Positions 1-12,808 of a DNA stretch of 64,000 nucleotides are shown here, in pieces (positions within the stretch are counted from its first letter, which is position 1; each line of letters starts with the position of its first letter). The stretch is from Macrostomum lignano. Its lineage: Eukaryota. Below the pieces are notes generated by a model. It was not told the DNA's origin. It saw only the letters and a program-made list of their open reading frames with translations, and ran no database searches. Position numbers and translations under genes: made by a program. The stretch covers positions 40,866 to 104,865 of the forward strand of contig NIVC01003305.1 in NCBI GenBank assembly GCA_002269645.1, read 5' to 3'.

Positions 1-77
1 TGCCTGTCTCATGTCTGTCTCAGTGTCTGTCTCAGTGTCTGTCCCAGTGTCTGTCCCAGTGTCTGTCTCAGTGTCTA
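1..77. repeat. End of a 12-bp minisatellite (CAGTGTCTGTCT)n, reverse complement of the array at 5276-6570
   Basis: Repeating gtgtctgtctca units at the window start. Confidence 0.85.
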
Positions 78-124
78 AGTGTCTTTGTGTCCGCCCGTCC
101 ATCTGTCTGTCCCCCTGTCCCCAG

Positions 125-478
125 TCGATCCCATGCAGTTCCTATGCAACACCTACCTTTATCCCATCAATTGCTTTCATCATTCCCCAGGCAGTCAGGC
201 CGTCAGTACGCCAGTCACGCGGCCCACAGAAGAGCTGCGACCACCCCCTGCTTTTCCTCTCCTCTGGACCGGCGCACCAGCACTGGTTTATCCCAGGATG
301 GGGTCTTCAGACCTCGAAGCGCATCTTCTTCAAGTATTCCTTTGCTTAACTTTTCCCTCCAGGATTTTCTGCCCTCCAGCCGTGGCCGCCGCGTCTTTAA
401 TACACCCCACGAACCGCAGCCTGAGAAAGCAACCAGAGCGGCAGGCATGAACTGGGGGACCGGCACTGCACGGGCCTG
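125..478 (+). CDS. Possible internal exon of an unidentified gene
   Basis: Pyrimidine-rich acceptor ccccag at 119-124, strong donor G|GTGAGT at 478/479, 354 bp (phase 2-2), and the frame of ORF 87..482 is open across it. No recognisable domain. Confidence 0.35.
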
Positions 479-595
479 GTGAGTGGCCCCACAAGGAGAC
501 AGGAAAAAATAAAGCTCTGCTCTCCAAGCGGTGAAGCTGATACTGAGATTCTTTAATATTTTCGTACGTGCAGTGTGGAAATAACTCAATGAGAT

Positions 596-1387
596 GATCA
601 GATCCCGATGGGATGAGCACCTGTGGGAACACGGGATCAGATCCCGATAGGATGAGCATCTGTGGGAACACGGGATCAGATCCCGATAGGATGAGCATCT
701 GTGGGAACACGGGATCAGATCCCGATAGGATGAGCATCTGTGGGAACACGGGATCAGATCCCGATAGGATGAGCATCTGTGGGAACACGGGATCAGATCC
801 CGATAGGATGAGCATCTGTGGGAACACGGGATCAGATCCCGATAGGATGAGCATCTGTGGGAACACGGGATCAGATCCCGATAGGATGAGCACCTGTGGG
901 AACACGGGATCAGATCCCGATAGGATGAGCACCTGTGGGAACACGGGATCAGATCCCGATAGGATGAGCACCTGTGGGAACACGGGATCAGATCCCGATA
1001 GGATGAGCACCTGTGGGAACACGGGATCAGATCCCGATGGGATGAGCACCTGTGGGAACACGGGATCAGATCCCGATAGGATGAGCACCTGTGGGAACAC
1101 GGGATCAGATCCCGATAGGATGAGCACCTGTGGGAACACGGGATCAGATCCCGATAGGATGAGCACCTGTGGGAACACGGGATCAGATCCCGATAGGATG
1201 AGCACCTGTGGGAACACGGGATCAGATCCCGATAGGATGAGCACCTGTGGGAACACGGGATCAGATCCCGATGGGATGAGCACCTGTGGGAACACGGGAT
1301 CAGATCCCAATGGGATGAGCACCTGTGGGAACACGGGATCAGATCCCGATAGGATGAGCACCTGTGGGAACACGGGATCAGATCCCA
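596..1387. repeat. 39-bp minisatellite, about 20 copies
   Basis: Unit gatgagcacctgtgggaacacgggatcagatcccgatag, containing the interrupted palindrome CGGGATC-A-GATCCCG. The long ORFs on both strands result from a unit length divisible by 3. Confidence 0.95.
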
Positions 1388-1994
1388 GTACTGCATTCTG
1401 GAGCAGGGATTAGAGACACACGAGTAGAACACCAACACAGAAAACAGAAAACCAAATTCAGTAATGAGTCACACATTACAATTGTCAAACAAGTGGGTAG
1501 TCAGTTATTAATTTCAAATATTTTTACACAGCTTGTTGACAGTAGAGCAGCAGACACGGAAGAAAAGAAGCAACAAATAAAGCAGATTAGAATTGTTTGT
1601 TTTAATATGCAACACAAATATTTGTACAAACCAAAAGTGTCTGAGTAATATGGTTATAGCAATAGTAATAATAATAGAATAATAATATCAAGTGCGTGAA
1701 AGTGTCTAACTAAAATCAGTGCTCATTTATTATGATAAAGTTTTATTGGGGCCAATCGGGCAGCGGGACATCACTGCCGCTCTCACGCACTCGGACCGCT
1801 GACTCGCACAGCTCGCTGAGTCATCCTTGGTTGAGTTCAGGTTGAGCAGCAGCTGAGATTGCCGTCCTCACTGCCGATTGGGGGGCCGCGCGTGCAAGCC
1901 TCACTTTGGAATGGGTGGGAAGGCCGCTGAAATGAGATCGCCGGGTGGCTTGTCAGCTGTCAGCTTCATCCTATGTATATTCCCACTCTAGCTA

Positions 1995-2380
1995 TCTCGT
2001 TTCTCTTATATCTATTTCCTTATCTCTATTCTCACCCTATCTATCTCATTTCTCTAATCTCTATTCCCTTATCTCTATTCTCACCCTATCTATCTCATTT
2101 CTCTAATCTCTTATATCTATTCCCTTATCTCTATTCTCACCCTATCTATCTCATTTCTCTAATCTCTTATATCTATTCCCTTATCTCTATTCTCACCCTA
2201 TATATCTCATTTTTCTTATCTCCATTCTCACCCTATCTATCTCCTTTCTCCTATCTCTATTCTCACCCTATATCTATCTCATCTCATTTTTCTTATATCT
2301 ATTCTCAACGTATCTCATCTCCTTTCTCCTATCTCTATTCACACCCTATCTATCTCATTTCTCCAATCCATCTCATTTCT
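1995..2380. repeat. Degenerate CT/AT-rich tandem repeat
   Basis: Recurring tatctctattctcaccctatctatctcatttctctaatctc-like units. Confidence 0.85.
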
Positions 2381-3207
2381 TGATCTACCCTCATCACATG
2401 GACTCCATCAAAGTCTCAAGGAAGTGGCCAATAGCGGAGCTCATCCTAAAGCGGCATGATAAGCCATCGAAGATGTCAAAACTGCTCTCATACAGGGGGG
2501 AGAGGGGACACCGGGCGGTGACCTCGAAGTCAAGTGGCCCCGCGGCAGCCGGGGTTTGCCACTCGCATGCCCGGCTCCCGACCGCCTCCTCCCTCACATC
2601 CGGCCGCTCGCCCAGACACTGAGGCAGGCCGTCTGGAGGCTGGGTCGGGGCTGAGGCCCAACCAAATATAAGATGCAGACGGAGGAACTGAGAACAAGGC
2701 GGAAGCCCTCGCCGCGTTTGAGAGGGAGAGAGGGAAATCCCATTGAGGACTGATGCAGCTGCATCGATGCGGCTCTCGGGAGTCTGGGTGATGCAGAAGA
2801 GGCGATGTGGGAGGATGAAGAGGCCTCTGCAAAAACTAGAAAGGGGAGGAGGGAGCCAGCAGCTTGCCGGGCAATCATGCGAGCATTAGGGGAGAGACGG
2901 AGAGGGAGAGGTCTAAGAAGGCCTGCCATGCCCCCCCCCCTAATCTCAGAGCGCTGAGCCGGAGTGAGGAGCGGAGAATGGGAAGCCTTGATGCCACCTC
3001 ACACTCCCACTGTGACACGCATCCCAAAACCGCAGCAATGCCTTACACAGAGGCAGTTGCAGCGCATTCAGTGAGAAGGCCTGTGTTTGTGTTTGCCGGG
3101 AGAAGTGATGAGGGAGCCCCGCTTCTGCAATGGAAACTAAACAAGCAATCAATATCTCACAGAGTGAGTGAGAGCTGGGGATGAGCGCTGCGGGTGGTTC
3201 GGCTGCT

Positions 3208-3279
<72 letters not shown>

Positions 3280-3284
3280 CTCAC

Positions 3285-3686
3285 CGTGGTGAAACCCGCC
3301 AACAAAGCCAGCAAACGGGTCGGCTGGGTACGGGGCTGGCGGAGGACCAGGCGGCAGAAACTGCGGCGGCGGCGGCTGCGGAGCCCCACTGCCCGTGCTG
3401 GCCGAGGAGCCGCCACCAATGGGAAATCCGGTCCCCGCGGAGGAAGAGACGGCGGCAGCGGCAGCCGCGGCCGCGGCGAAGGCGGCCTCCATAAAGCGGA
3501 GCTGCTCGAGCTCGTACAGCTTTCTGGGGTCGGCGGGAGGCCAGTAGAGCTGATGGGGCGGGAGCGGCGGCTGCGGCTGCGGCGGCTGAGGAAGGAGGCT
3601 GGCCACAGATGTTGGTGGGGGATCAGCCTTTGGCGACTGTGGAGGCGGCGGGGGCGGCGGGGGTGCCACGGTAGTTCCGATGCACG

Positions 3687-3757
<71 letters not shown>

Positions 3758-4338
3758 GGATTCTTGGACCCGCCGGCCTCCCGCTGCTGCTGCTGACGCT
3801 TCGCTGCAGCCGAAACCGCTGGCTTCCGCTGCTCGGGACTTTGAACACGGGGTGCGGATCGGCGCCCCCTGAGGACTCGACGATGCCGTCGACGGCGTCT
3901 GCGGATCTGCAAGCGGTTGCGGAGGTGGCGGTGGCGGGCGCCTGCGTTCCGAGTGACAGTCGTTGTGGTGCCACTTCATGGCCAGCTCGTTGATGAATCG
4001 CTTGGAGCAGTCGGGATGAGGACAAGAGACTGGGAGAAGCTGCTGCTTGGTGGCAGCGCGGCTGTGCTGTGGCTGCTGCTGCGGCTGCGAGCGCCTCCGG
4101 TTGATGATGGCCCCGTTGGAGGCGGCGGCGGCCGCTGCTGCGGCTCGACGCTTTCGTCCAGTTGACGGAGGTGAAGATCGGTGAGTCTTCTGCTGCTGCT
4201 CTGCCTGCTGCTCCTGGCACTCCTGCTGCTGTTGCTGCTGTGCGCTTGGCTCAGAAGAGACCAGGTCGCGCTGAGACGAGTCTAGCAGGGTGCCAACGTA
4301 GGTTCGACCGCGCCAGGTGACGTTAACGACTAGCATGC
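3285..4338 (-). CDS. ZNF608: ZNF608/ZNF609 (scribbler/brakeless)-like zinc-finger transcriptional corepressor, exon 3
   Basis: Acceptor ctgcag| at 4339-4341. Translation [20 protein letters not shown] matches the family hallmark [20 protein letters not shown]. Single C2H2 finger CPHPDCSKRFINELAMKWHHNDCH, then polyQ/Pro-rich sequence. Donor CACG|gtgaga at 3285. Needs a 1-nt frame correction near the C5 run at 3865-3869. Confidence 0.85.
3688..3756 (-). repeat. Pure (CAG)23 tract encoding polyglutamine in the ZNF608-like exon
   Basis: Uninterrupted ctg repeats on the + strand. Confidence 0.9.
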
Positions 4339-4354
4339 CTGCAGTGCCAGATGC

Positions 4355-4684
4355 GAGATGAGTATGGGTGAGATGAGTATGGGTGAGATGAGTATGGGTG
4401 AGGTGAGTATGGGTGAGATGAGTATGGTGAGGTGAGCATGGGTGAGATGAGTATGGGTGAGGTGAGTATGGGTGAGATGAGTATGGTGAGGTGAGCATGG
4501 GTGAGATGAGTATGGGTGAGGTGAGTATGGGTGAGATGAGTATGGTGAGGTGAGCATGGGTGAGATGAGTATGGGTGAGATGAATGGGGTGAGATGAGTG
4601 TGGTGAGATGAGTGGGGTGAGATGAATGGGGTGAGATGAGTGGGGTGAGATGAGTGGGGTGAGATGAGTGAGATGAGATGAGTC
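4355..4684. repeat. About 15-bp minisatellite (GTGAGATGAGTATGG)n abutting the ZNF608 exon 3 acceptor
   Basis: Direct reading; the array ends about 15 bp from the AG. Confidence 0.9.
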
Positions 4685-5275
4685 AATGGTGATGGCCGAT
4701 CAGGGGCCAGAGGAAATCGAGTTATTCAACCAGAATCGCCTAGCCGGCCACATGGGCCTCAGCGGCAGGGTTGCAAGATCGGCAAGCAGCGCAAAGAGCC
4801 CCCCCCCCGGCTGACAGCGCATTCGATATCAGACTAATCTGTGCCCCGGTGCACCGATCGATAAGAGGGCCTGCGCACCCACCAGTGCTGTCAATGTGGA
4901 AACCATGTTTTAACTCCTTAACTTGCTTCAACTACCGCCCGGTGTGTTATCGCGGCCAGGCAGCAACCCCCTCCGCCTCCCGCCTCTGCAGGAGGTCGTA
5001 AATAATTAATTAGGGCGCGCTGAGCCGACAACAGATTAAGATGCAGACAGCGACGAGAGGGAGGAAGTTAGGGAGGTAGCCAGGGCCTCTCAAGCAGGTA
5101 TTGGTGGAGGCGCAAGTGCTTGCTAAACGAATTTGCTGTGCCGTCGGCCGGTTGGTGAAATTGCATTTGGATTGACTTTTAGCGCTTACCAGTGCGCAAG
5201 ATCAGAGCTGGATTCAAATTATTGCCTGCCAGCTTAGTTTAGTTTAGAGAGGAAAGGAGATTAATGATACTCTGG

Positions 5276-6570
5276 CAGACACTGAGACAGACACTGAGAC
5301 AGACACTGAGACAGACACTGAGACAGACACTGAGACACACACTGAGACAGACACTGAGACAGACACTGAGACAGACACTGAGACAGACACTGAGACAGAC
5401 ACTGAAACAGACACTGAGACAGACACTGAAACAGACACTGAAACGGACACTGAGACAGACACTGAGACAGACACTGAGACAGACACTGAGACAGACACTG
5501 AGACAGACATTGAGACAGACACTGAGACAGACACTGAGACAGACACTGAGACAGACACTGAGGCAGACACTGAGACAGACACTGAGACAGACATTGAGAC
5601 AGACATTGAGACAGACATTGAGACAGACATTGAGACAGACACTGGGACAGACACTGAGACAGACACTGAGGCAGACACTGAGACAGACACTGAGACAGAC
5701 ATTGAGACAGACATTGAGACAGACACTGAGACAGACACTGAGACAGACATTGAGACAGACACTGAGACAGACACTGAGACAGACACTGAGGCAGACACTG
5801 AGACAGACACTGAGACAGGCACTGAGACAGACACTGAGACAGACACTGAGACAGACACTGAGACAGACACTGAGACAGACACTGAGACAGACACTGAGAC
5901 AGACACTGAGACAGACACTGAGACAGACACTGAGGCAGACACTGAGACAGACACTGAGACAGGCACTGAGACAGACACTGAGACAGACATTGAGACAGAC
6001 ATTGAGACAGACACTGAGACAGACACTGAGACAGACATTGAGACAGACACTGAGACAGACACTGAGACAGACACTGAGGCAGACACTGAGACAGACACTG
6101 AGACAGGCACTGAGACAGACACTGAGACAGACACTGAGACAGACACTGAGACAGACACTGAGACAGACACTGAGACAGACACTGAGACAGACACTGAGAC
6201 AGACACTGAGACAGACACTGAGGCAGACACTGAGACAGACACTGAGACAGGCACTGAGACAGACACTGAGGCAGACACTGAGACAGACACTGAGACAGGC
6301 ACTGAGACAGACACTGAGACAGGCACTGAGACAGACACTGAGACAGACACTGAGACAGACACTGAGACAGACACTGAGACAGACACTGAAACAGACACTG
6401 AGACAGACACTGAGACAGACACTGAGACAGACATTGAGACAGACACTGAAACAGACACTGAGACAGACATTGAGACAGACACTGAGACAGACACTGAGAC
6501 AGACACTGAGACAGACACTGAGGCAGACACTGAGACAGACACTGAGACAGACACTGGGACAGACACTGAG
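5276..6570. repeat. 12-bp minisatellite (AGACAGACACTG)n, about 108 copies, intronic
   Basis: Direct reading; the QTLR/CLSQ/SV ORFs are repeat artefacts. Confidence 0.95.
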
Positions 6571-7028
6571 AGAAAAGTAGCGCAGCAGCAGCAGCCATAC
6601 CGGGCGCTAACGGGGGGACTGCATGGGCATTTGATGTGGGCATTGAAGAAGACAGTTGCCGCGGTCCTTGAAAGGGAAGAGAGAAGGCCCGAGGCTCGCT
6701 GCCCACTTTCCAGTCGCCGTCACCCAGTCGGAATCCGAGGCCAAACCTGCCCGTCCCCGCCCCGGGTGTCCGATATTCTCGGCCATCGGCCGGTCAGCTG
6801 TTTGGATCTGATTCCTTCCCTTGCTGCGCCGGTGCCTCACTCTCGCTCCCAGTCTCCTCTCTTCCCCTCCCTTCACTCATTTCTCTCTATCCCTCGCCTG
6901 GTCTAAGTTGGGAATAATATACACACACTGCTGACTGGAGTGGGCCCAGTTTAGATGAGCTCCACTAATCCTTTCCAGCAAATAATTTGAAACAGTCTTA
7001 ACAGTTATTGTTAGTCACCACAGCTTAC

Positions 7029-7191
7029 CTGAGCCGGTCTCCAGCCATACAATGCCGTCAAGGTTAATATTGGTGCCTGGATCGCACGGGCCGAGGCACT
7101 CGGGCTCAATGTTGGTAGCCTTAGTTGTGCCCGATGCTGCACTGACGGAGGCTGCTGGGTTGGCGGCGGCCTTCTTCATCTTTTTATTAGC
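7029..7191 (-). CDS. ZNF608: ZNF608/scribbler-like exon 2
   Basis: Acceptor ttttcag|GCT and donor TCAG|gtaag. Translation ...[27 protein letters not shown] matches the family motif [24 protein letters not shown]. Phase 0 in and phase 1 out, joining correctly to exon 3 (G|GC ATG). Confidence 0.9.
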
Positions 7192-7282
7192 CTGAAAAGG
7201 AATTTTAGCAGTAGTGAGTGCTGCATGCATGACTGCAGGTGTGTTCGCTGCTGAGCTTGTTCTTAACTGGTAATGCAGCTTT

Positions 7283-8809
7283 GCTGTAGCTATATTACAG
7301 CATTACTGTATTTACTGTAGCTATATTACAGCCTTACTGTATTTGCTGTAGCTGCATTACAGCCTTACTGTATTTACTGTAGCTATATTACAGCATTACA
7401 GTATTTACTGCAGCTATATTACAGCATTACTGTATTTACTGTAGCTATATTACAGCCTTACTGTATTTGCTGTAGCTGCATTACAGCCTTACTGTATTTA
7501 CTGTAGCTATATTACAGCATTACTGTATTTGCTGTAGCTATATTACAGCATTACTGTATTTACTGTAGCTATATTACAGCATTACAGTATTTACTGCAGC
7601 TATATTACAGCCTTACTGTATTTACTGTAGCTATATTACAGCATTACTGTATTTACTGTAGCTATATTACAGCATTACTGTATTTACTGTAGCTATATTA
7701 CAGCATTACTGTATTTGCTGTAGCTATATTACAGCATTACTGTATTTGCTGTAGCTATATTACAGCATTACAGTATTTACTGCAGCTATATTACAGCCTT
7801 ACTGTATTTACTGTAGCTATATTACAGCATTACTGTATTTACTGTAGCTATATTACAGCCTTACTGTATTTACTGTAGCTATATTACAGCCTTACTGTAT
7901 TTACTGTAGCTATATTACAGCATTACTGTATTTACTGTAGCTATATTACAGCCTTACTGTATTTACTGTAGCTATATTACAGCCTTACTGTATTTACTGT
8001 AGCTATATTACAGCATTACTGTATTTACTGCAGCTATATTACAGCCTTACTGTATTTACTGTAGCTATATTACAGCCTTACTGTATTTACTGTAGCTATA
8101 TTACAGCATTACTGTATTTACTGTAGCTATATTACAGCATTACTGTATTTACTGTAGCTATATTACAGCATTACTGTATTTGCTGTAGCTATATTACAGC
8201 ATTACTGTATTTGCTGTAGCTATATTACAGCATTACAGTATTTACTGCAGCTATATTACAGCCTTACTGTATTTACTGTAGCTATATTACAGCATTACTG
8301 TATTTACTGTAGCTATATTACAGCCTTACTGTATTTACTGTAGCTATATTACAGCCTTACTGTATTTACTGTAGCTATATTACAGCATTACTGTATTTAC
8401 TGTAGCTATATTACAGCCTTACTGTATTTACTGTAGCTATATTACAGCCTTACTGTATTTACTGTAGCTATATTACAGCATTACTGTATTTACTGCAGCT
8501 ATATTACAGCCTTACTGTATTTACTGTAGCTATATTACAGCCTTACTGTATTTACTGTAGCTATATTACAGCATTACTGTATTTACTGTAGCTATATTAC
8601 AGCCTTACTGTATTTACTGTAGCTATATTACAGCATTACTGTATTTACTGTAGCTATATTACAGCATTACTGTATTTACTGTAGCTATATTACAGCCTTA
8701 CTGTATTTACTGTAGCTATATTAAGCCTTACTGTATTTACTGTAGCTGCATTACAGCCTTACTGTATTTACTGTAGCTATATTAAGCCTTACTGTATTTA
8801 CTGTAGCTA
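7283..8809. repeat. 31-bp minisatellite, about 49 copies
   Basis: Unit tattacagcattactgtatttactgtagcta with an internal TACAG...CTGTA inverted repeat. Confidence 0.95.
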
Positions 8810-10627
8810 TGAAAGCAATAATGGTAATGAGTTTGAAATGACGAATAATGTAAGCTCGTCAGCTTTTAACAAATTCTCCGGAATGAATCCCGTTACATCT
8901 GGGGAGTTTCGAGTTCAAAAATATTCAAAGCCACTGATGCGGTACAGCTAACTGCCTGCCGATAGACCAATAGCGGCACTGAGCTGTGCTCAAGGGGAGG
9001 ATATCCATTGCAGCACTTCCTGTTGTTTAAAGCCATACGTAGTCCTCTCTAAATGCCTGTTTAAAACCACGCGTAGTCCTCTCTACGCTCGTAAATGCCG
9101 ACCCTGCTCTCCGGCTGTCATCAGAGCGGTCCCAGTCAGAGAAAGAGAATGCGACAAGTGCCATGGATGATTGCTTGAGAATAGAGGGAAAAACAGGTAC
9201 GTATCAACCTGAATTACAATTCCCCAAGTCTAATTCCCCGGCCTAAGGGACTTGCTATCCAAAGACGACGATATTCTATAGAAACCTGGACTAGATGGAA
9301 GACAGACAGGCGGCCTGAGGCCCAACTGCAATCCTGATTCACGCAAGTGGAAAATTGAAGCGCACGGAGAGGCTGCGGTACTGCATGAGGTGATTTTATT
9401 AACGGGTGTTTGCCCCTCCAATTTTTCACTTCCACGGGCACTGGCTTCCAGTCCAGACAATCAGAGCTCCTTGGCTGGCTTATACGGCCCCCTCTACATG
9501 TATACAACGGCCGAGTTTCGACATTTGGGTCTTCCAATGTCCTGAAAACTTATTGTGCTGGACTAAAACTAGCAGGTAGGCTGGCAAGTGTTCATGTGTA
9601 GCTCTGGCTAATAAATGAAACGAATATTGAACTGGAAATTGAAACTGAAAGAAGTAAAATAATAGCTGTGCCAGGAACACCCCATAGAAACCTCCAGAGC
9701 CGCCTCCCTCGGGGAGGGGGGGGGGACGACACAAAGCTAGTCCCTTGATACTAAACTTTCCTGATCCGTGTTCTTTATCTTGCATTGAATGCAAACAGAA
9801 TCCCCCCAGCGCATAGATATGACTGCGGCCTGGCCCGAGTGACAGCAGCGCGGAACTCGTCTGAGCAGTCAGCCCTCTCAAGCTTCAAAATGGGAAGAAT
9901 GGGATTATAGAGCTCGCTATAGCGCGTGTATGTGTGGTTAGGGGAAGTGGGGAAATTGAGGGTGCAGGGGGAAGACTTGCCCCGGGGGAAAGGGCCGGGA
10001 GAATAGGGAAGAGAGACAGATGAGGAAGGGACGAGAGTGAGATCTTGCGTGGCGTGTGAAGTCTCTGGCGGGGACGACTGCTGGCCTCTCTGCTTTATAA
10101 TACATAACACACACACACACTGGGCCCAGTGAGCAGTAGGGAGCTCTTTCATCATCCATATATACATAATCTGCAATAGGCAGCAGCCTGAGCGAAGTGT
10201 TAGTGTGTTGAGCATTCCCTATCCCTTACCGCCACTCCCCAGCCAGCCAGCACAACAAAAATTGTTCCCGGGATCTGATCCCGGGAGGTGGCAGGCCGGG
10301 CGTTGAAGGGCAAATTGCCTAATCTCCCAGCTCCCCAGATGATGGCAGGGCGATAATCTGCATTCCTCAATCTGCTCAGCCACCACTGAGCTGTAGCTGA
10401 GCTGGGAGGGTTGGGGAAGGCAGTGACCAGACAGCAGGGGAGCGAGAGTCAATCGGGATGGGAGAATGACTGTGGGCTGTTACCAGCCAACCATATTTAT
10501 TAATTGCCTCTGCATTTTCTAGTCCAACAATTCAAGAAGGTGAGTTGAGAGCATTGCTGCGATTCAGGTTTTATATTTTGTTGGCAACACTTAAACTCCT
10601 TCACATTCCTTCGCAATTAATGTCATT

Positions 10628-11060
10628 TGATGAGATGAGTGTGACTTTGATGAGATGAGTGTGATTTTGATGAGATGAGTGTGGTTTTGATGAGATGAGT
10701 GTGGTTTTGATGAGATGAGTGTGGTTTTGATGAGATGAGTGTTGTTTTGATGAGATGAGTGTGGTTTTGATGAGATGAGTGTGGTTTTGATGAGATGAGT
10801 GTGGTTTTGATGAGATGAGTGTGGTTTTGATGAGATGAGTGTGGTTTTGATGAGATGAGTGTGGTTTTGATGAGATGAGTGTGGTTTTGATGAGATGAGT
10901 GTTGTTTTGATGAGATGAGTGTGGTTTTGATGAGATGAGTGTGGTTTTGATGAGATGAGTGTGGTTTTGATGAGATGAGTGTGGTTTTGATGTGATGAGT
11001 GGCTCCTTGATGTGATGAGTGGCCCCTTGATGTGATGAGTGGCTCCTTGATGTGATGAGT
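10628..11060. repeat. 20-bp minisatellite (TGATGAGATGAGTGTGGTTT)n
   Basis: Direct reading; lies about 120 bp into ZNF608 intron 1. Confidence 0.95.
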
Positions 11061-11179
11061 GGCGATTGGATCCTGTTGCAGATGCTGGACACATGCCAGC
11101 GGTCCTTACAGGCTAATATTGCAGTCTTGCTTAATCAAATACCAGCTCGTACTCAGAGAATACTGAATCGTTTCCTCAC

Positions 11180-11369
11180 CTCGGACGGCTTGCCACCGCC
11201 GCTGCTCTTTCGTTTGTTCGACTGGGCTGAGGCTGAGGTTCTGTTAGTGCTGCTGTCGCCGCTGCTGTTGCTGCTGCTGCTGCTGCTGATGCTGCTGCTG
11301 TTGTTGTTCGTTTTGTCTAGTTTGGCGCCTTGTACTTCTTCTGGCGCTGGAGTTGACTCCGACGGATGG

Positions 11370-11403
<34 letters not shown>

Positions 11404-11635
11404 GCGATTCGGGAGACGCCGGGGGTGTCAGCGGGGCGGAGTCCTCGCTGATGATTGCGGCGGCGGCGGCGGTCTGTTTCGGAGCGGCAGCTATCGATGC
11501 TTCCGAGCCATTGCGAAGGTCGCCAGCCGTCTCCAGGTCCTGACTGTCCTCTTGCTGCTGCGACAGCACCTCGCAAGTCTTGGATTTCCGTTTGATCTTC
11601 ATTCTGAGAGCGGGGGAGTCCTTGTCTGTAGCCAT
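11180..11635 (-). CDS. ZNF608: ZNF608/scribbler-like first coding exon
   Basis: ORF MATDKDSPALRMKIKRKSK... contains an MKIKR motif that I recall from scribbler/brakeless proteins. Donor GAG|gtgagg at 11180 (456 bp, phase 0) is compatible with exon 2. Acceptor acacag 10 nt upstream of the ATG. Confidence 0.75.
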
Positions 11636-12394
11636 GCTCTCCCGGCTGTGTGTTTAAAACTAGACGCGGATTTTATCGCACAGATTGACAGGCGGGTGAA
11701 ATTTATTAATATGCAATCGCCAGCGCTGGGCCAGCGGGCTTGCAGAGGGGGGGGGGCACAAGTGGAGCGGCAATTACACAAAGGCCAGGACAGAGAGACT
11801 GTGAGAATTGCGGCCCCGCAGTTTTGGCTTGTGTGGCTTGAGTGAATGAGAGTGGCAGTGGGGTGGGGGCGGTCGAAAGGAAAAGGTTGGCAAGATGATC
11901 GGTAGAGGGTTGAGCTGCAACAGCAAATACGAATAGGGCACTGGAGTTTTTACTGCAAAGAGAGGCCACAAATGAGGGCGTGGTGGTGAAGGAAGGCTGT
12001 CTGCCAAGGCTGGCCCGCGGTTGGCTGAGTCGTGACGAACCAATCGAAAGCGTCCAGGGTCTTGGTGGGTAGGGGTGGGAGAGTCAAAGCTGCAAGCGGT
12101 CAGGAAAGGAAGGGCCACAATCCAGCGTATGATATTATTGATTCACTAATAAAGTGGCCAGCAAATCTTCGTGACTGACTGAGGGGCCGGCAGTTCTGCT
12201 TTGGTTAGCCTAATTCGACTGGCTTTTAGTAGAGTAAAATGTTGATCAGTTAGCAGAGTCAGCTGGTAAAATGTTTAGCACTTATAGATTATCAAGTCGG
12301 TGGAGACTTAGTGTAGTTTGACTGGTTCTTATCAACTGAAGGCCTTGGGAAACCGAAATCATAAGCACAAATTAATAAAACCTTACGCCATTCA

Positions 12395-12808
12395 GTGGGC
12401 GCCAGTACACCCCTCCGTCCTTCAGTGGGCGCCAGTACACCTCTCCATCAGTCAGTGAGAGCCAGTACACCTCTCCATCAGTCAGTGAGAGCCAGTACAC
12501 CCCCATCAGTCAGTGAGAGCCAGTACACCTCTCCATCAGTCAGTGAGAGCCAGTACACCTCTCCATCAGTCAGTGAGAGCCAGTACACCTCTCCATCAGT
12601 CAGTGAGAGCCAGTACACCCCCATCAGTCAGTGAGAGCCAGTACACCCCCATCAGTCAGTGAGAGCCAGTACACCCCCATCAGTCAGTGAGAGCCAGTAC
12701 ACCTCTCCATCAGTCAGTGAGAGCCAGTACACCCCCATCAGTCAGTGAGAGCCAGTACACCTCTGTATCAGTCAGTGAGAACAAGTACACCTCTGTATCA
12801 GTCAGTGG
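12395..12808. repeat. About 28-30-bp minisatellite (ATCAGTCAGTGAGAGCCAGTACACCTCTCC)n
   Basis: Direct reading. Confidence 0.9.

Noticed and set aside
596-1413. Long repetitive ORFs (MSTCGNTGSDPDR)n and the antisense 407/347-aa ORFs
   Set aside because: They arise from a 39-bp unit divisible by 3 and are open on both strands; the array lies downstream of a splice donor, so it is intronic or intergenic.
2394-2929. Further ZNF608 exons (acceptor at 2827, ORFs 2394..2597 and 2594..2929) and a possible terminal exon near 1900-1818
   Set aside because: The splice signals are plausible, but frames and family motifs could not be tied together from sequence alone.
5244-6706. 440-481-aa SV/CLSQ/QTLR ORFs
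   Set aside because: A 12-bp satellite inside ZNF608 intron 2, with no coding signature.
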